Below, in pieces: positions 28,038 to 38,767 of a stretch of DNA of 64,000 nucleotides. How positions within the stretch are numbered: the stretch's first letter is position 1; every line of letters starts with the position of its first letter. Made by a program: the position numbers and the translations under genes. The stretch is from a virus. The notes beneath the pieces are model-generated. The model had not been told where the DNA came from. It was given only the letters and a program-made list of their open reading frames with translations, and did not search any database. Location of the stretch: the IMG/VR virus record IMGVR_UViG_3300030380_005901, positions 1 to 64,000 of that record. One strand, 5' to 3'.

Positions 28038-28706
28038 TTAATCGTATCCTTTCCTCATTAACTCAACCTCCCAACTATTATTATTTTTTAATTGTACCTC
28101 TATTTCTGGTCTCAATTTATTTAATAATGGTGAAAAAGACATAATGTATTCCCATATAATATCTTTTACTTCACCTTCTACTTCCCAACCAAAACTATCA
28201 TCGTTTAATGCATCATAAATAGAAAATTCTTTTAGTTCATATTCCCCATCATCTTCTTCTACGTTTATATGAACACTTCCTTCCGGATATATTGTTGCAT
28301 CTATCATTATTTCATCGTATAATATATCATTTACAAGTCCTTTCGAAATCATATGATCTCTCCATGCTGCATCTCCAGGTAACACCTCAGTACTTGAATT
28401 AAAAAAATCAGTTATTTTGTTAATAGTAAACTTAAAATCATAATTACCAATACCAACATCTAAAGGGAAATCTTTATCAAGTAACCATATTTTTTTACCT
28501 ATAGGTACATTTTTCAAATCCTCCACAATTTTTTGTCTAATGTATAGTGCCATATCAGAATCAATAGCGTAAGTATCTACAAATTGTTTAGTATTCATAG
28601 GATCAGTTTCCCACCTTTTTAATACATTATCCACATATTTTTTTTTGTTGTTTGAAATAACAACTTCAGTATGTTCTTTTAATATTTTACGAATGATATC
28701 TCTCAC
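28038..28706 (-). CDS. leader-tagged hypothetical protein
   Basis: MRDIIRKILKEH (GTG start); TATTTATA upstream. Confidence 0.8.
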   Translation of the reverse strand: MRDIIRKILKEHTEVVISNNKKKYVDNVLKRWETDPMNTKQFVDTYAIDSDMALYIRQKIVEDLKNVPIGKKIWLLDKDFPLDVGIGNYDFKFTINKITDFFNSSTEVLPGDAAWRDHMISKGLVNDILYDEIMIDATIYPEGSVHINVEEDDGEYELKEFSIYDALNDDSFGWEVEGEVKDIIWEYIMSFSPLLNKLRPEIEVQLKNNNSWEVELMRKGYD

Positions 28707-29011
28707 ACTTATAAATATAAGGATATACTTTTAAGTTACCAACCTCTACGTTTAACATCTTTATATATCCACACTACGTTTGCAATCAAACCCCCATAGG
28801 CAGCAATTGCTACTGCAATCTTTAAATACCACGTATCTAAGTAACCATCTTTCACCCAACCCGGATAAAGTATACAAAAAGCCAATAGTAATACTATGGA
28901 TGCAAAATCCATTACTCTTCTGAAAAGAAATTTTCTATTATTTAAACTCATATTTATGTTTTTTATATAATATTATTTTATATAAATAAATATGTACGAA
29001 ATATTATTTCG

Positions 29012-29470
29012 TTATAACCATTTGTGTTTTTTGAAGTAGTACCACATACCAACCGCAGTACCAATAGTGAGTGCAGTGAATATCCAAAAACCGTGATGGT
29101 TACTTAAGAATGGTACATCATCGAAGTTCATACCAAATATTCCTGTGTAAAATGAAAGAGGTAAAAATATGGTTGACCATATTGTTAAAAGGTTTAACCT
29201 CTTATTCATTAATTCATTATTAGACTTATCTAACATAGCTTCTAATATTAAATGCAGTTCCAATAAATCGTGATGTTCTTTTTTATTATCTATTAATATT
29301 TTCTTCAATAAATAAAACTCTTTGATGTCAATATCTTTATTTGCGAAGATATCATCTTCTATCTCTTTAATCCTTTTTTCTAATTCTTTTCTTTCCATAA
29401 GTCTAATGTCCATAAAACTGATTCTGTTAAATATAGTACACCCACTAACATCATCCCATAGTGAGTCCAT
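29012..29470 (-). CDS. CorA-family C-terminal (membrane) half; real start probably MERKELE
   Basis: LTIWSTIFLPLSFYTGIFGMNF...YFKKHKWL (GMN motif). Confidence 0.85.
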   Translation of the reverse strand: MDSLWDDVSGCTIFNRISFMDIRLMERKELEKRIKEIEDDIFANKDIDIKEFYLLKKILIDNKKEHHDLLELHLILEAMLDKSNNELMNKRLNLLTIWSTIFLPLSFYTGIFGMNFDDVPFLSNHHGFWIFTALTIGTAVGMWYYFKKHKWL

Positions 29471-29829
29471 TCACCTTGTGAACCATAGGTAAAGTCTTGA
29501 TATATTGATGGGATTGCAGAACCCATAATTGATAGGCTAAATAACAGTTTAACCCATTTGTTATCTAAAAACTTTTTCATTTTAATTCAACATATGTGCA
29601 ATTTGTGATTCTTGATGTGTAACACCTTCTAAATCCTGAAACCTCTCTGAGTTATACCCATTCCACGGTAAACCAAATTGTGTTCTACCTTTGTTTCTAA
29701 CACCAATTAACATATATGCTCTCTGATCAAAACTATTAATAAACGATTCTCTTACTGTGTAAGTTTGTCCTTCCACAACTTCTGCACCTAAAGGTAATTG
29801 TTTATCATTAATACATATTACTTTTTTCA

Positions 29830-30357
29830 TTATATTCTAAATGTTTTATTTTGAAATTGTTTTATAGTATCTAACATAACTTTTTTTATAATAGTTTGAG
29901 TTTCTGGACTTAATTTAAATTGTTGTCCACAACGTTTTATATTAGAGTCAAACTTACTCTCAAACGAATTTGTTGCTTCAACATTCTTAGCAGTTTTCTT
30001 TTTAGTTTTAATCATATCTGCATTACGAACTAAATTTTTATTAACATGTTTATCACCACTACCTTTAATTTCGTTACCAGCACTATCTAGTGAACTGTTA
30101 ATACACGCCATTAATTTATTGAAGTTACCACCAACAATAACTTTATTGTTGATTCCATTATCTTTTAATGCCTTTTTAATTTTCTTAGTTAATCTGTTTG
30201 ATTTAGATTTAGCAGTTTGTCTATACGCTAATATTGCGGCAGTTAAACCAATGACTTCATTAATTGGTTCTTTTTTTTCTGTCACTATCCTTTTAACTAT
30301 TTTTTTTAAATCTCCTTCACTTAAGTGAATAATTTCATTATTCTTTTTTATTTTCAT
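29830..30357 (-). CDS. leader-tagged basic protein
   Basis: MKIKKNNEIIHLSEGDLKKIVKRIVTE...INE. Confidence 0.8.
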   Translation of the reverse strand: MKIKKNNEIIHLSEGDLKKIVKRIVTEKKEPINEVIGLTAAILAYRQTAKSKSNRLTKKIKKALKDNGINNKVIVGGNFNKLMACINSSLDSAGNEIKGSGDKHVNKNLVRNADMIKTKKKTAKNVEATNSFESKFDSNIKRCGQQFKLSPETQTIIKKVMLDTIKQFQNKTFRI

Positions 30358-30382
30358 TTTTTTTACTTTTTTTATAAATATA

Positions 30383-31429
30383 TTATATTTTTTTAGTCAT
30401 TGCCCATACAGGACTACTAGTTCTACCACCATCACTACCATGAATTACCACCACATCAAAAAATTCTTCTAATATATCTTTTGCTTCTTTTGCAGTTTCA
30501 AATCCATATCTTGGCGAACTTGGAAAATTGGCAATAAATACACTATCATTGTTCATTGTTTTTAAAACATCTTCAATAGTCCGTCTCATCATTTGTTCTG
30601 ATCCTTGAACATTTAATACATTACTAGCAAATACCATATCATATATTTTATTTAGTGCGTTAGGATCATGATGATCATCATTTATATTATCACTAAAATC
30701 ATGTGCGGTTACATCTAACCCCATTTCTCTAAGTGCATAAGTATGTTTAGCATCTTTACCGGACCCAAAATCTAAAATTTTAATATTTCTATTTCCGGTA
30801 TCTGTAATATATTTCAAAACCATTCGTGGTGTAAGTGCTTTGGGTCCTACTGCACCACTACTTCTACTAGATTTATTAGCTTTGATAATTTCTTCAGGAC
30901 TAATATCAGTATAACTCATTTCCGTAATCAATTCTTTTTTCATCTTTTTACTTTCATTTATATGAGGTACAACTTTGGTATCCCAATAATTCTTATACCC
31001 AATCTTATTAAATTCTATATTTGGTACTTTTAACCATTTTCTACTTCTTTCTTTTGATTCTTCAGTATTAAATCCAGTGTAACCATCATTTACAAACAAC
31101 CATTTGTGGTGATAAATTTGTGGTGATTTCTTTTGTTTAATTAATCTTTCCGAACCGTCTCCTCTTATAAGTATCGCATCACCGACAATAGGTTCATCAG
31201 AACTATCCCAATCTGGTGAGTGAATAAATGTAACATTACCATTACTTTCATCAAATTTAACTATACTATAATCAAAATTTGTGGGTAATTTATCTTTTGC
31301 CAAAACAAGAACTTCGCTAGGTAATTTATCTTCCACTGATTTATGTAAGTAAATTGTGTTACCCACTTGTTTACCAACCCCATATTTATGAGATCTTTTT
31401 ATTTCTGTACCTTTCTCTGTTTTAATCAA
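30383..31429 (-). CDS. two-domain protein resembling the DNA-phosphorothioation-associated methyltransferase family
   Basis: N-terminal VGK....YLHKS...IVKF...P.WD..DEP...PQIYHHKWLFV; C-terminal ILDFGSGK...YDMVFASNVLNV; joined by INES..LITE. Confidence 0.6.
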   Translation of the reverse strand: MIKTEKGTEIKRSHKYGVGKQVGNTIYLHKSVEDKLPSEVLVLAKDKLPTNFDYSIVKFDESNGNVTFIHSPDWDSSDEPIVGDAILIRGDGSERLIKQKKSPQIYHHKWLFVNDGYTGFNTEESKERSRKWLKVPNIEFNKIGYKNYWDTKVVPHINESKKMKKELITEMSYTDISPEEIIKANKSSRSSGAVGPKALTPRMVLKYITDTGNRNIKILDFGSGKDAKHTYALREMGLDVTAHDFSDNINDDHHDPNALNKIYDMVFASNVLNVQGSEQMMRRTIEDVLKTMNNDSVFIANFPSSPRYGFETAKEAKDILEEFFDVVVIHGSDGGRTSSPVWAMTKKI

Positions 31430-31492
31430 AATATTTATTTATATATAAATATATGAGAAAAAAATAAGATTATAAATAAAATATAAGATTAT

Positions 31493-31523
31493 TTGGTAGA
31501 TTGAATTATTTTTTGTATATTTG
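31493..31523 (+). promoter_or_regulatory. Bacteroidetes sigma-A-type promoter
   Basis: TTTG-N19-TATATTTG upstream of 31544; similar sites at 13536, 14222, and on the minus strand near 55910 and 56805. Confidence 0.7.
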
Positions 31524-31543
31524 TATTAACAAATTTAACCGTT

Positions 31544-32224
31544 ATGAAAAACATATTTTATTTAATCTTATTATCTATTATAATTATGAGTTGTGGTTCT
31601 AATGTTGAATCACCGTCACCTATTGTTACAGAAACTGAACCAGAAGTAGTTACAACTAAAAAAGTTTTAACACAAAAAGAAATAGATTCTTTTTATGATG
31701 AAATAACTATGGGTACTGAATTAAGTAATTATACTCAAAGATTCTGGTATAAAAAAGATGTATACATATATCTCTATGATAGAGATGATAGTGTGTATGT
31801 TAATGAATTTAACAAAATAGTTGATGAATTAAACAATTTAATTGAGAGAATAAACATAGTTGTAACAGATGATATTATGGAATCTAATCTGCGTATTTCT
31901 ATTACGGATGCTGAAACTTTTATAAAACGTGCAAACTTAAATAATCCTAAAAATAAAGATATAGTGTATATGGCTTTAGGTGTCGTATTTTCTAAATTAG
32001 ATAAAGTATCTAATGAAATAGTATATTCCTACACATTCGTTCAAAAAACAAATAAGAAAAACGTTGACTTTTGTACGTTAAGAGAAGAACTTACACAATC
32101 TTTAGGTTTCTTTAAAGATACTTATTCTTTCTCCAACAGTGTATTCAGTCAAATTAAAACAGAAGAAGTGTTAGAGTATACAGAGTTAGACAAAGCAATA
32201 ATTAAAAAACATTATAGTAATTAA
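31544..32224 (+). CDS. lipoprotein, DUF2927-like (zincin-like)
   Basis: Lipobox IMSC; LREELTQSLG...DT....SVF....YTELD. Confidence 0.75.
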   Translation: MKNIFYLILLSIIIMSCGSNVESPSPIVTETEPEVVTTKKVLTQKEIDSFYDEITMGTELSNYTQRFWYKKDVYIYLYDRDDSVYVNEFNKIVDELNNLIERINIVVTDDIMESNLRISITDAETFIKRANLNNPKNKDIVYMALGVVFSKLDKVSNEIVYSYTFVQKTNKKNVDFCTLREELTQSLGFFKDTYSFSNSVFSQIKTEEVLEYTELDKAIIKKHYSN

Positions 32225-33903
32225 TCCTTTTTAAATTCTATTTTATTTAAATCTATCATGTTTAAATAAGATGGATCCACTCTGGTGTTATCTTGATCTC
32301 GATAAATTTTATCTTTTTCCATGTCGATAAAATCTTCAATAGATTTAGGATCTTCATTATAATGTTCTCTATAATATTTATCTATTTCTTCACCAGTTAA
32401 TATTTTACACTGTGGACAAGTATCTTCACCATCTATAATAAAATCTTCTGTTTGTACGGCATCCGCTATCATTTTTTCTCCCTTAACAATTCTAAATACG
32501 TCCATATATAATCTATATTTCCATGGTAATGATTTTATTACAGTATCTGACATTAAGTTAGGTAAAGAAAAAGATAAAGTTTTATTTTTACCATAAGATT
32601 TTTCAGTTTGTCCTCCAGTACTGACTGCACCATTTGACTTTTTAAATTCTATTTCTTCTTTAGAGTTACCCAACTTTCTATATAATCTAAACCCTATTTT
32701 AGATTCCTTATCACCCATATTAACAATTAAATTGTCACCATTAATTTTTACTGAACCTAATGGTGGAACTTGAGTTGTAATTGGGTCTACTTCATCTTCC
32801 TCTGGTGGTTCTGGTATCACCAATTCACCTCCAACATATTTTTTACACCATTGGCGAGTTAAATCGAATCCTTTTAGAGAAGTGTCAGTTACTTTTACAC
32901 CTAATTTGTAAGTGGCACTATCCGTACTCTGATTATTCCAACCTCCAGAACATAACATCTCAGGTAAGTTACTACCACTTTCTTTAAGTGCTTTAATACC
33001 TAATGCATAATTACCAGTCGCTTTATTACAGTCACTACTACTATGTCCTTTACAATATGTAAAATGTACAGTATCACCTGCACCAAACGGATACCATCCG
33101 TAAACTGGACCAATAAATACAAAAAACGTCCAAACTTGATTTACTCTTTTGGAAGAATCCTCAAAATGAAAAGGGTTTGAAGGTTGTTTACTAGATGCTA
33201 TATCCTGTCCAGTTTTACTTTTTGGTAAATCTATTGCAAAACCTTCTTGATGATTACTCTTCCCTACTGGTGCAGTTGATCCGTCTACGTAATCAACCAT
33301 TATTTGTTGGTGTATTGAATCCCTATAAGTAGATTCATAACCAAAACCACCAATAGCATCTCCGATTGCAGCTAAACTAGGTTGTGCACTGTTATTAACA
33401 TAATTATTATTTTCATAAGGATGATCACCACTCCCACTTTGATGGGTAAATATATGGTTATTTTCAGGTGTTACTCTAACTATCTCTGTTGCATTAAAAA
33501 ATTCTTTAGACTTATTCCAAATTCCTTTATCTTTTATAGATTCTTTATTTATATATTTATCATACCACTTAGCTGCTTGTCTTTTCCATGCATTACCTTT
33601 TAACCCCCTACCCTTATTTTTAGATCCATATTTTAATTTTTGTACAAATATTACAGGTATACCATCTGAGGTATTTTTTACTTCTTCCATTGAGGCAGGA
33701 TAAACATATTTTGCTCTATGGTCGGGTCCTGAACTATTAGAGTACGTACCATAAGGTGCCATAGTTTCACTATATTTTTTACACCCCTGATTGTTAAGAT
33801 TTCCACCACAAAAAGAAGGAATTGTCACTATCGCAGGCAGTTGCAATTCTTTTGATTCATTAATAATTAATTTTAATTGTTCTTCGGTGATTAATACTTT
33901 CAT
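32221..33903 (-). CDS. leader-tagged large protein with M15-type (SxHxxGxAxD) peptidoglycan peptidase motif
   Basis: MKVLITEEQLKLIINES; YR....Q...APVGKSNHQEGFAIDL...YGW...HF. Confidence 0.6.
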   Translation of the reverse strand: MKVLITEEQLKLIINESKELQLPAIVTIPSFCGGNLNNQGCKKYSETMAPYGTYSNSSGPDHRAKYVYPASMEEVKNTSDGIPVIFVQKLKYGSKNKGRGLKGNAWKRQAAKWYDKYINKESIKDKGIWNKSKEFFNATEIVRVTPENNHIFTHQSGSGDHPYENNNYVNNSAQPSLAAIGDAIGGFGYESTYRDSIHQQIMVDYVDGSTAPVGKSNHQEGFAIDLPKSKTGQDIASSKQPSNPFHFEDSSKRVNQVWTFFVFIGPVYGWYPFGAGDTVHFTYCKGHSSSDCNKATGNYALGIKALKESGSNLPEMLCSGGWNNQSTDSATYKLGVKVTDTSLKGFDLTRQWCKKYVGGELVIPEPPEEDEVDPITTQVPPLGSVKINGDNLIVNMGDKESKIGFRLYRKLGNSKEEIEFKKSNGAVSTGGQTEKSYGKNKTLSFSLPNLMSDTVIKSLPWKYRLYMDVFRIVKGEKMIADAVQTEDFIIDGEDTCPQCKILTGEEIDKYYREHYNEDPKSIEDFIDMEKDKIYRDQDNTRVDPSYLNMIDLNKIEFKKD

Positions 33904-34405
33904 TATAGTTTTTTACTATAAATATAAGAAAAATATAAAAAACTTAATCTTCTTGAGTCATAATTCTAGTGAGAATCTCAACGTAGTATGGGTGATATTT
34001 ATCTTTCATTAATATTAAATCTAATAAATCATCCACTTGTTCCCCCAAAGGTCTATTATCACCAATGAATATAACTTCACCAATAGATGCATAAGGATGG
34101 TAATCATTTTCACCCGTCTTTAATATCCACAAGTCTCCTCGTTTGTAATAGTAAACATTTTCTAAATCATTCATCATAAAAATCGTTTTCGATTGGGAAT
34201 TCATCATCGATATAATCATCCATTAATCTTTTGATTTCTATTTTATTATCTTCATAGAATTCTTTTTCTTCATTAGTTTCTAATTCCTCACCAGTCACTA
34301 ATTTAATTGCTAAAAATCTTATATTTTCAAATGAATTTTCCATACTCACTTATAAGTAGTTTTGATACTACCTATAAGTGGTGATGGATTGTAAAAGTTG
34401 TGTAA

Positions 34406-34744
34406 TTAAGATATAAGAGATCTTAATTTAGTGAGGATATCCCCAAAAATTCTTTTAAAAGTAGATTGTACTTTACCCAAAACTTCTTCTTTAGTTTCTT
34501 TGTGATTACTACTTTGTTGTAGTAACTTTTTTTGGATATCTTCTAAGATAGTTTCCATAACATCTAAAAACATTTCTTCTTGTTCTTTAATGTATTGATC
34601 AATCTCTTCCTTACTAATTATATTATCTGAATTACTGTTATTTTGTAATATTTTTTCAGCATTTGCTTTTAACTCAGATGTGTACTTATACACTAACTCC
34701 TCAACATTTTTGTTAAGAGAGTCAAATAATTCTTCTTTAGTCAT
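34406..34744 (-). CDS. hypothetical helical protein
   Basis: ORF track; TATTTATA upstream. Confidence 0.7.
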   Translation of the reverse strand: MTKEELFDSLNKNVEELVYKYTSELKANAEKILQNNSNSDNIISKEEIDQYIKEQEEMFLDVMETILEDIQKKLLQQSSNHKETKEEVLGKVQSTFKRIFGDILTKLRSLIS

Positions 34745-34807
34745 AATTTAAGTTTTTATAAAGTTGTTATTATATATAAATACTTAAAAAAACTATTAAT
34801 TATTCAT

Positions 34808-35269
34808 TTATTTGTCAATTATTTGTAATTTACCTTTAGAGTCCTTATCGGATATGGTTAGAGTCCCCAATGTACCTACATGTGACATTATAACGTCACT
34901 AAGAGAAGGTATGTCACTCCAAATGATACTATGTTCAGATTCAGGATTATATTCACCCTCAACCGCATATGTGAAAATGGTATTATCTTCTAATGTAAGA
35001 TAACCGTGTGCATAATTATTCGATACATGTAAGGGTTCGGAATATTTATCTAATAAATAAAATTCCAACCTGTCTGTTTTTAAATCGTACAATATATCTA
35101 ATACTTTTCCTTCTATAATTTTAACTGTCTTAGATTGTGGTGGGTTTGTTTGATAATGTAACCCCCTAAAAGTAAATTTACGTTTATTAGTCACTACATT
35201 TACTTGATCACAATTATTTGCATCAAATAAAACAAAATCCCCTCTATGATCATTAAATTTCTTAATCAT
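34808..35269 (-). CDS. rmlC: dTDP-4-dehydrorhamnose 3,5-epimerase-like protein
   Basis: DHRGDF...FRGLHYQ..PQSK.V....G.VLD...AHGYLTLED...Y.PESE..I.W.D...ISDKD. Confidence 0.88.
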   Translation of the reverse strand: MIKKFNDHRGDFVLFDANNCDQVNVVTNKRKFTFRGLHYQTNPPQSKTVKIIEGKVLDILYDLKTDRLEFYLLDKYSEPLHVSNNYAHGYLTLEDNTIFTYAVEGEYNPESEHSIIWSDIPSLSDVIMSHVGTLGTLTISDKDSKGKLQIIDK

Positions 35270-36348
35270 AATAAATGTGGTTTAGATTCTAACATACCAG
35301 AGTTGGTTATCTCTACCCATTCTGCATTTTTATTAAATTCTTTTATTGTCCTACATCCACTGTAAGATAATGCAGATTTTAACCCGTCATTAAGTTTTTC
35401 TACAATATAACTTACACTACCTTTAAATGGGATGGTGGTAGATTCACCTTCAATATGTTTAGTAGATTGATTATGTGCCGATTTAGTTTCCAAACTAGCA
35501 GAACCTCTGTATCTTTTATATAAAGAACCGTCTAATCTCTCTACGATATTACCGGGTGATTCTTTAGTACCCGCTAGTAATGAACCTAACATAACACATT
35601 CTGCACCTACTGCCAATGCTTTGGCAATATCTCCACTATTACGTATTCCACCATCTGCCATAACTGGAATATTTGACATCATAGTGTTTGTAGTAACACA
35701 ATTTATAATAGAAGTAATGTTAGGTATTCCATGTCCTGTTTGTACTCTTGTGGTACATAAACTTCCACCACCTATACCAACTCTAAAACCGTCTACACCC
35801 CATTCACATAAAGCTACTGCAGATTTTAATGTAGATATATTACCAGCAATAATGTCTATATGTTGTGGTATGATACTGAAAAGTTTTCCCAACATTAACT
35901 TAACATTTTTATGGTGACCATGTGCAACATCAATCAACAATACATTTGCACCACACTCAACTAATTTCGTTGCTCGTTTAATATCATCTTCACTTACACC
36001 AATCGCAGCCATAATAGGTATCTGTGGGATATTAGTATGCCAATCATCATCTATCTTCCACTTTTCCATCATACGATTATCATACATAAATTTTTTGACT
36101 TTTGTGACTTCGTTAGATTGTTCTTCAATTGTCATAAATCTATGTATACAACCAACCCCACCTAACTCCATCATTTTAATTGCCATTCTACTATCACATA
36201 CTGTGTCCATACAAGATGCCACATAAGGTGTTAATAATCCGTAATTTCTACTGAGTTTTGTTCTCAAATCTATGTGAGACCTACTTTCTATATCTGAGTA
36301 CTGAGGTACTAATAAAATATCATCATACGTTAACGCTTTCATATTCAT
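35266..36348 (-). CDS. guaB: IMP dehydrogenase / GMP reductase family, lacking CBS domains (start re-called at MNMKALTYDD)
   Basis: LTYDDILLVP, MDTV, IDVAHGH, VGIGGGSLCTTR, ADGGIR..GDIAKAL, YRGSAS. Confidence 0.88.
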   Translation of the reverse strand: MNMKALTYDDILLVPQYSDIESRSHIDLRTKLSRNYGLLTPYVASCMDTVCDSRMAIKMMELGGVGCIHRFMTIEEQSNEVTKVKKFMYDNRMMEKWKIDDDWHTNIPQIPIMAAIGVSEDDIKRATKLVECGANVLLIDVAHGHHKNVKLMLGKLFSIIPQHIDIIAGNISTLKSAVALCEWGVDGFRVGIGGGSLCTTRVQTGHGIPNITSIINCVTTNTMMSNIPVMADGGIRNSGDIAKALAVGAECVMLGSLLAGTKESPGNIVERLDGSLYKRYRGSASLETKSAHNQSTKHIEGESTTIPFKGSVSYIVEKLNDGLKSALSYSGCRTIKEFNKNAEWVEITNSGMLESKPHLL

Positions 36349-36352
36349 AAAA

Positions 36353-36517
36353 CTATTTTTTAATTTTTGTTGTCCCTTTTTTATATTGTGGTTCATAAGG
36401 ACAATTTAAACAATGTGATCCACAACAAAACTTTCTTTTTTTTAAATAGTGTTCGGTAAAAATCATAAAACCATTTTCATCGTAACTATAATCTTTACTT
36501 TTAACTAACCTCCCCAC
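36353..36517 (-). CDS. DUF5522-like small Cys-rich protein
   Basis: Hand-translated: YDENGFMIFTEHYLKKRKFCCGSHCLNCPY. Confidence 0.75.
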   Translation of the reverse strand: MGRLVKSKDYSYDENGFMIFTEHYLKKRKFCCGSHCLNCPYEPQYKKGTTKIKK

Positions 36518-36939
36518 TAATATTTTGTATATTTAAATGGTAATTGGTATTTTGTAAACTCATGTGGTAAACCATAATTATAATTACCAAAACATATATC
36601 ATATTTTTCTATCCATTTTAATTTTAATAAATCTAAAACAGTAGTTATTTCACTAGGTTTGATATTTTCACTAATTAAAAAGTTTGTTATTCTTCTTGTT
36701 GCATTTATACCATTGAATATTGTACATTTATTGTAACTACCACATCTATAAGGGGTATGGTTATCTTTGTCATCAAATTTAAAAACAAACCATATAAATT
36801 CTTCTCTATCACTATTTATTTGCATCGTCACCTCTGTACCATCAACAATACGATCAACTAAGTATTCGTAATATTTTTGACTGGCAACTTCTAATTTAGT
36901 AAGAGATTTATCTTCCCTGACCTCTGTATTTTTTAACAT
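36517..36939 (-). CDS. hypothetical protein (start uncertain)
   Basis: QKYYEYLVDRIVDGT weakly resembles the repeat-domain N-terminal helix. Confidence 0.6.
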   Translation of the reverse strand: MLKNTEVREDKSLTKLEVASQKYYEYLVDRIVDGTEVTMQINSDREEFIWFVFKFDDKDNHTPYRCGSYNKCTIFNGINATRRITNFLISENIKPSEITTVLDLLKLKWIEKYDICFGNYNYGLPHEFTKYQLPFKYTKY

Positions 36940-37039
36940 AATTCTTTGCGTTTTTACTTCTAGATGTTTTACTCTTTGCGTGTATACCCTTTCTTTTTTT
37001 CTTAATTACGTCTAATTTATTTGTACTTTTTACTGCCAT
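36908..37039 (-). CDS. 43-aa basic phage peptide ending KKYRGQGR
   Basis: Hand-translated MAVKSTNKLDVIKKKRKGIHAKSKTSRSKNAKNYVKKYRGQGR. Confidence 0.75.
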   Translation of the reverse strand: MAVKSTNKLDVIKKKRKGIHAKSKTSRSKNAKNYVKKYRGQGR

Positions 37040-37044
37040 TGTTT

Positions 37045-37446
37045 TTATTTTAATATATTTTTAACTATTTGTGATACAACTTTATTATCTGCTCTACCAC
37101 CATACTCTTTATTGAATTGTCCCATAAGTTTTCCCATATCTTTCATATCACAAAAATTGTGGGTTACGATTAACATTTTAATAATATCTTCTATTTCTGG
37201 TTCACTCATCAACTGAGGTAAAAATGGTTGTAACATTTCTATTTCAGATTTAGATTTTTCATCACCAACAGTTTCTAAGTTCTTTACAAATTTTTGTATT
37301 ACTTTGATTGTTTCTTGTTCTGTTAGTTCTTTCTTACCGTCTTCTAATCTAGATATTTCCCCTTTTAAAACTCTAAAAAGATTTAATTTATCTTTATCAC
37401 CGTTTTTCATTGATGATTTAATTATGTCGTTTATTTTATTTTTCAT
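37045..37446 (-). CDS. GatB/YqeY domain protein
   Basis: MK.GDK.KL...R.LKGEI...EIE.LQPFLPQLMSE.EI...KDMGKLMG......GRADNK.VS. Confidence 0.9.
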   Translation of the reverse strand: MKNKINDIIKSSMKNGDKDKLNLFRVLKGEISRLEDGKKELTEQETIKVIQKFVKNLETVGDEKSKSEIEMLQPFLPQLMSEPEIEDIIKMLIVTHNFCDMKDMGKLMGQFNKEYGGRADNKVVSQIVKNILK

Positions 37447-37487
37447 ATCTATATAATAGTAATCATAATTTTTTAAAAAAACAACTT

Positions 37488-38057
37488 TTATATGTTTTTT
37501 TTATATTTTTCATAATAATTTTTAACAAACATATTTTTTTCTTTTTCTTTTATATCATTACAATAAATCCAAGCGTAAGTCTTTTTCATATTTTCAATAG
37601 ATAATTTCTTTTCTTCTATTATTGAATTTACCATCTCTATTTCCTCATTAAACTCATCACCTAAATCCATACCTAATTTCATTGCGTTTAACAATAGAGG
37701 TGCGTAATTTTCATTTTGATACCCCTCAACAGTTTCCTCATAAACTTCTTTAAAAACTTCCTTATCTTTTTCTTCTATGTTTTTTTCTAATTTATCTGGA
37801 TGTGTATTACTAACTATTTTTCTAAATAATTTTTTATATTTAGTAGGTGCGTCACTAGGTTTTAATTCTGTTTCTTTTTGTTTTGTAGGTTTTTTATTTA
37901 TGGGTGATTTTTTTTCTAAACCATTATCTCTCATAAAATGATGAATATCATTGGTAAATTCAGTCTGAAAATCTATTAATAAATCTTTAGTGTCCTCTTC
38001 TTGTTTCTTAAGGAATTCGAACTCATTTAATAATAACTTAAATTTTTTTTTCATCAT
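37488..38057 (-). CDS. protein with J-domain-like HPD motif
   Basis: YKKLFRKIVSNTHPDKL. Confidence 0.6.
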   Translation of the reverse strand: MMKKKFKLLLNEFEFLKKQEEDTKDLLIDFQTEFTNDIHHFMRDNGLEKKSPINKKPTKQKETELKPSDAPTKYKKLFRKIVSNTHPDKLEKNIEEKDKEVFKEVYEETVEGYQNENYAPLLLNAMKLGMDLGDEFNEEIEMVNSIIEEKKLSIENMKKTYAWIYCNDIKEKEKNMFVKNYYEKYKKNI

Positions 38058-38767
38058 TATTTTAATTTATAATCTATCTTATATGTTGGGTATTCTGTGT
38101 TCCATAAATCAATAGACTCAGTAAAATCTTCTATATTTTCTGAAGATAAAGATAACCAAAAACCGTTATCTCTATCCTTTTTTAGAGAGTTTTTACTAAT
38201 TTTATAAGGTGGGGTTTTAAATATGTTTGTTAACTTATAATCTACTTCTATATAATTACCCCATTTATTTATACATGTTAATAAAAGTGACCCCCACATA
38301 ATTTTGAAGTCTTCTACTCTCATTTTCTTTACGATTATTTCGTGTTCTCCACCATAAACATCCTTTAAGGTAGTTACCCTATGATACCCATCTATTAATG
38401 AATTATTTTTATTTATAATTGGGGGTTCATATTTTCCACTTTCATCATATTTTCCCTTAATAATATTATCTTTCACTTTTAATTGTTCCTCAGTCCAACT
38501 AAGATTTTTTACACCTAAATTTATTTTTTCATAAGGTATATCATCATCACCTAAAAATTTTTTAATAACTTCTTTAGAAAAAAAATTATTAAAAAATTGA
38601 TAATCGGTAGTAATATCTTTTAATTTTATAGTAATAGGTTTTTGGTAAGAGTCATCTAAATAAAGTGTAAAATATAAAATAAGTAACCTATTTTTTAAAG
38701 AAGGATCTATTTTTCTATAAAAAATAAAAAATAATAATAATCCTATTGAATATAAAAACCTTTTCAT
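38057..38767 (-). CDS. ParB/Srx-like domain protein
   Basis: PPIINKNNSLIDGYHRV. Confidence 0.65.
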   Translation of the reverse strand: MKRFLYSIGLLLFFIFYRKIDPSLKNRLLILYFTLYLDDSYQKPITIKLKDITTDYQFFNNFFSKEVIKKFLGDDDIPYEKINLGVKNLSWTEEQLKVKDNIIKGKYDESGKYEPPIINKNNSLIDGYHRVTTLKDVYGGEHEIIVKKMRVEDFKIMWGSLLLTCINKWGNYIEVDYKLTNIFKTPPYKISKNSLKKDRDNGFWLSLSSENIEDFTESIDLWNTEYPTYKIDYKLK

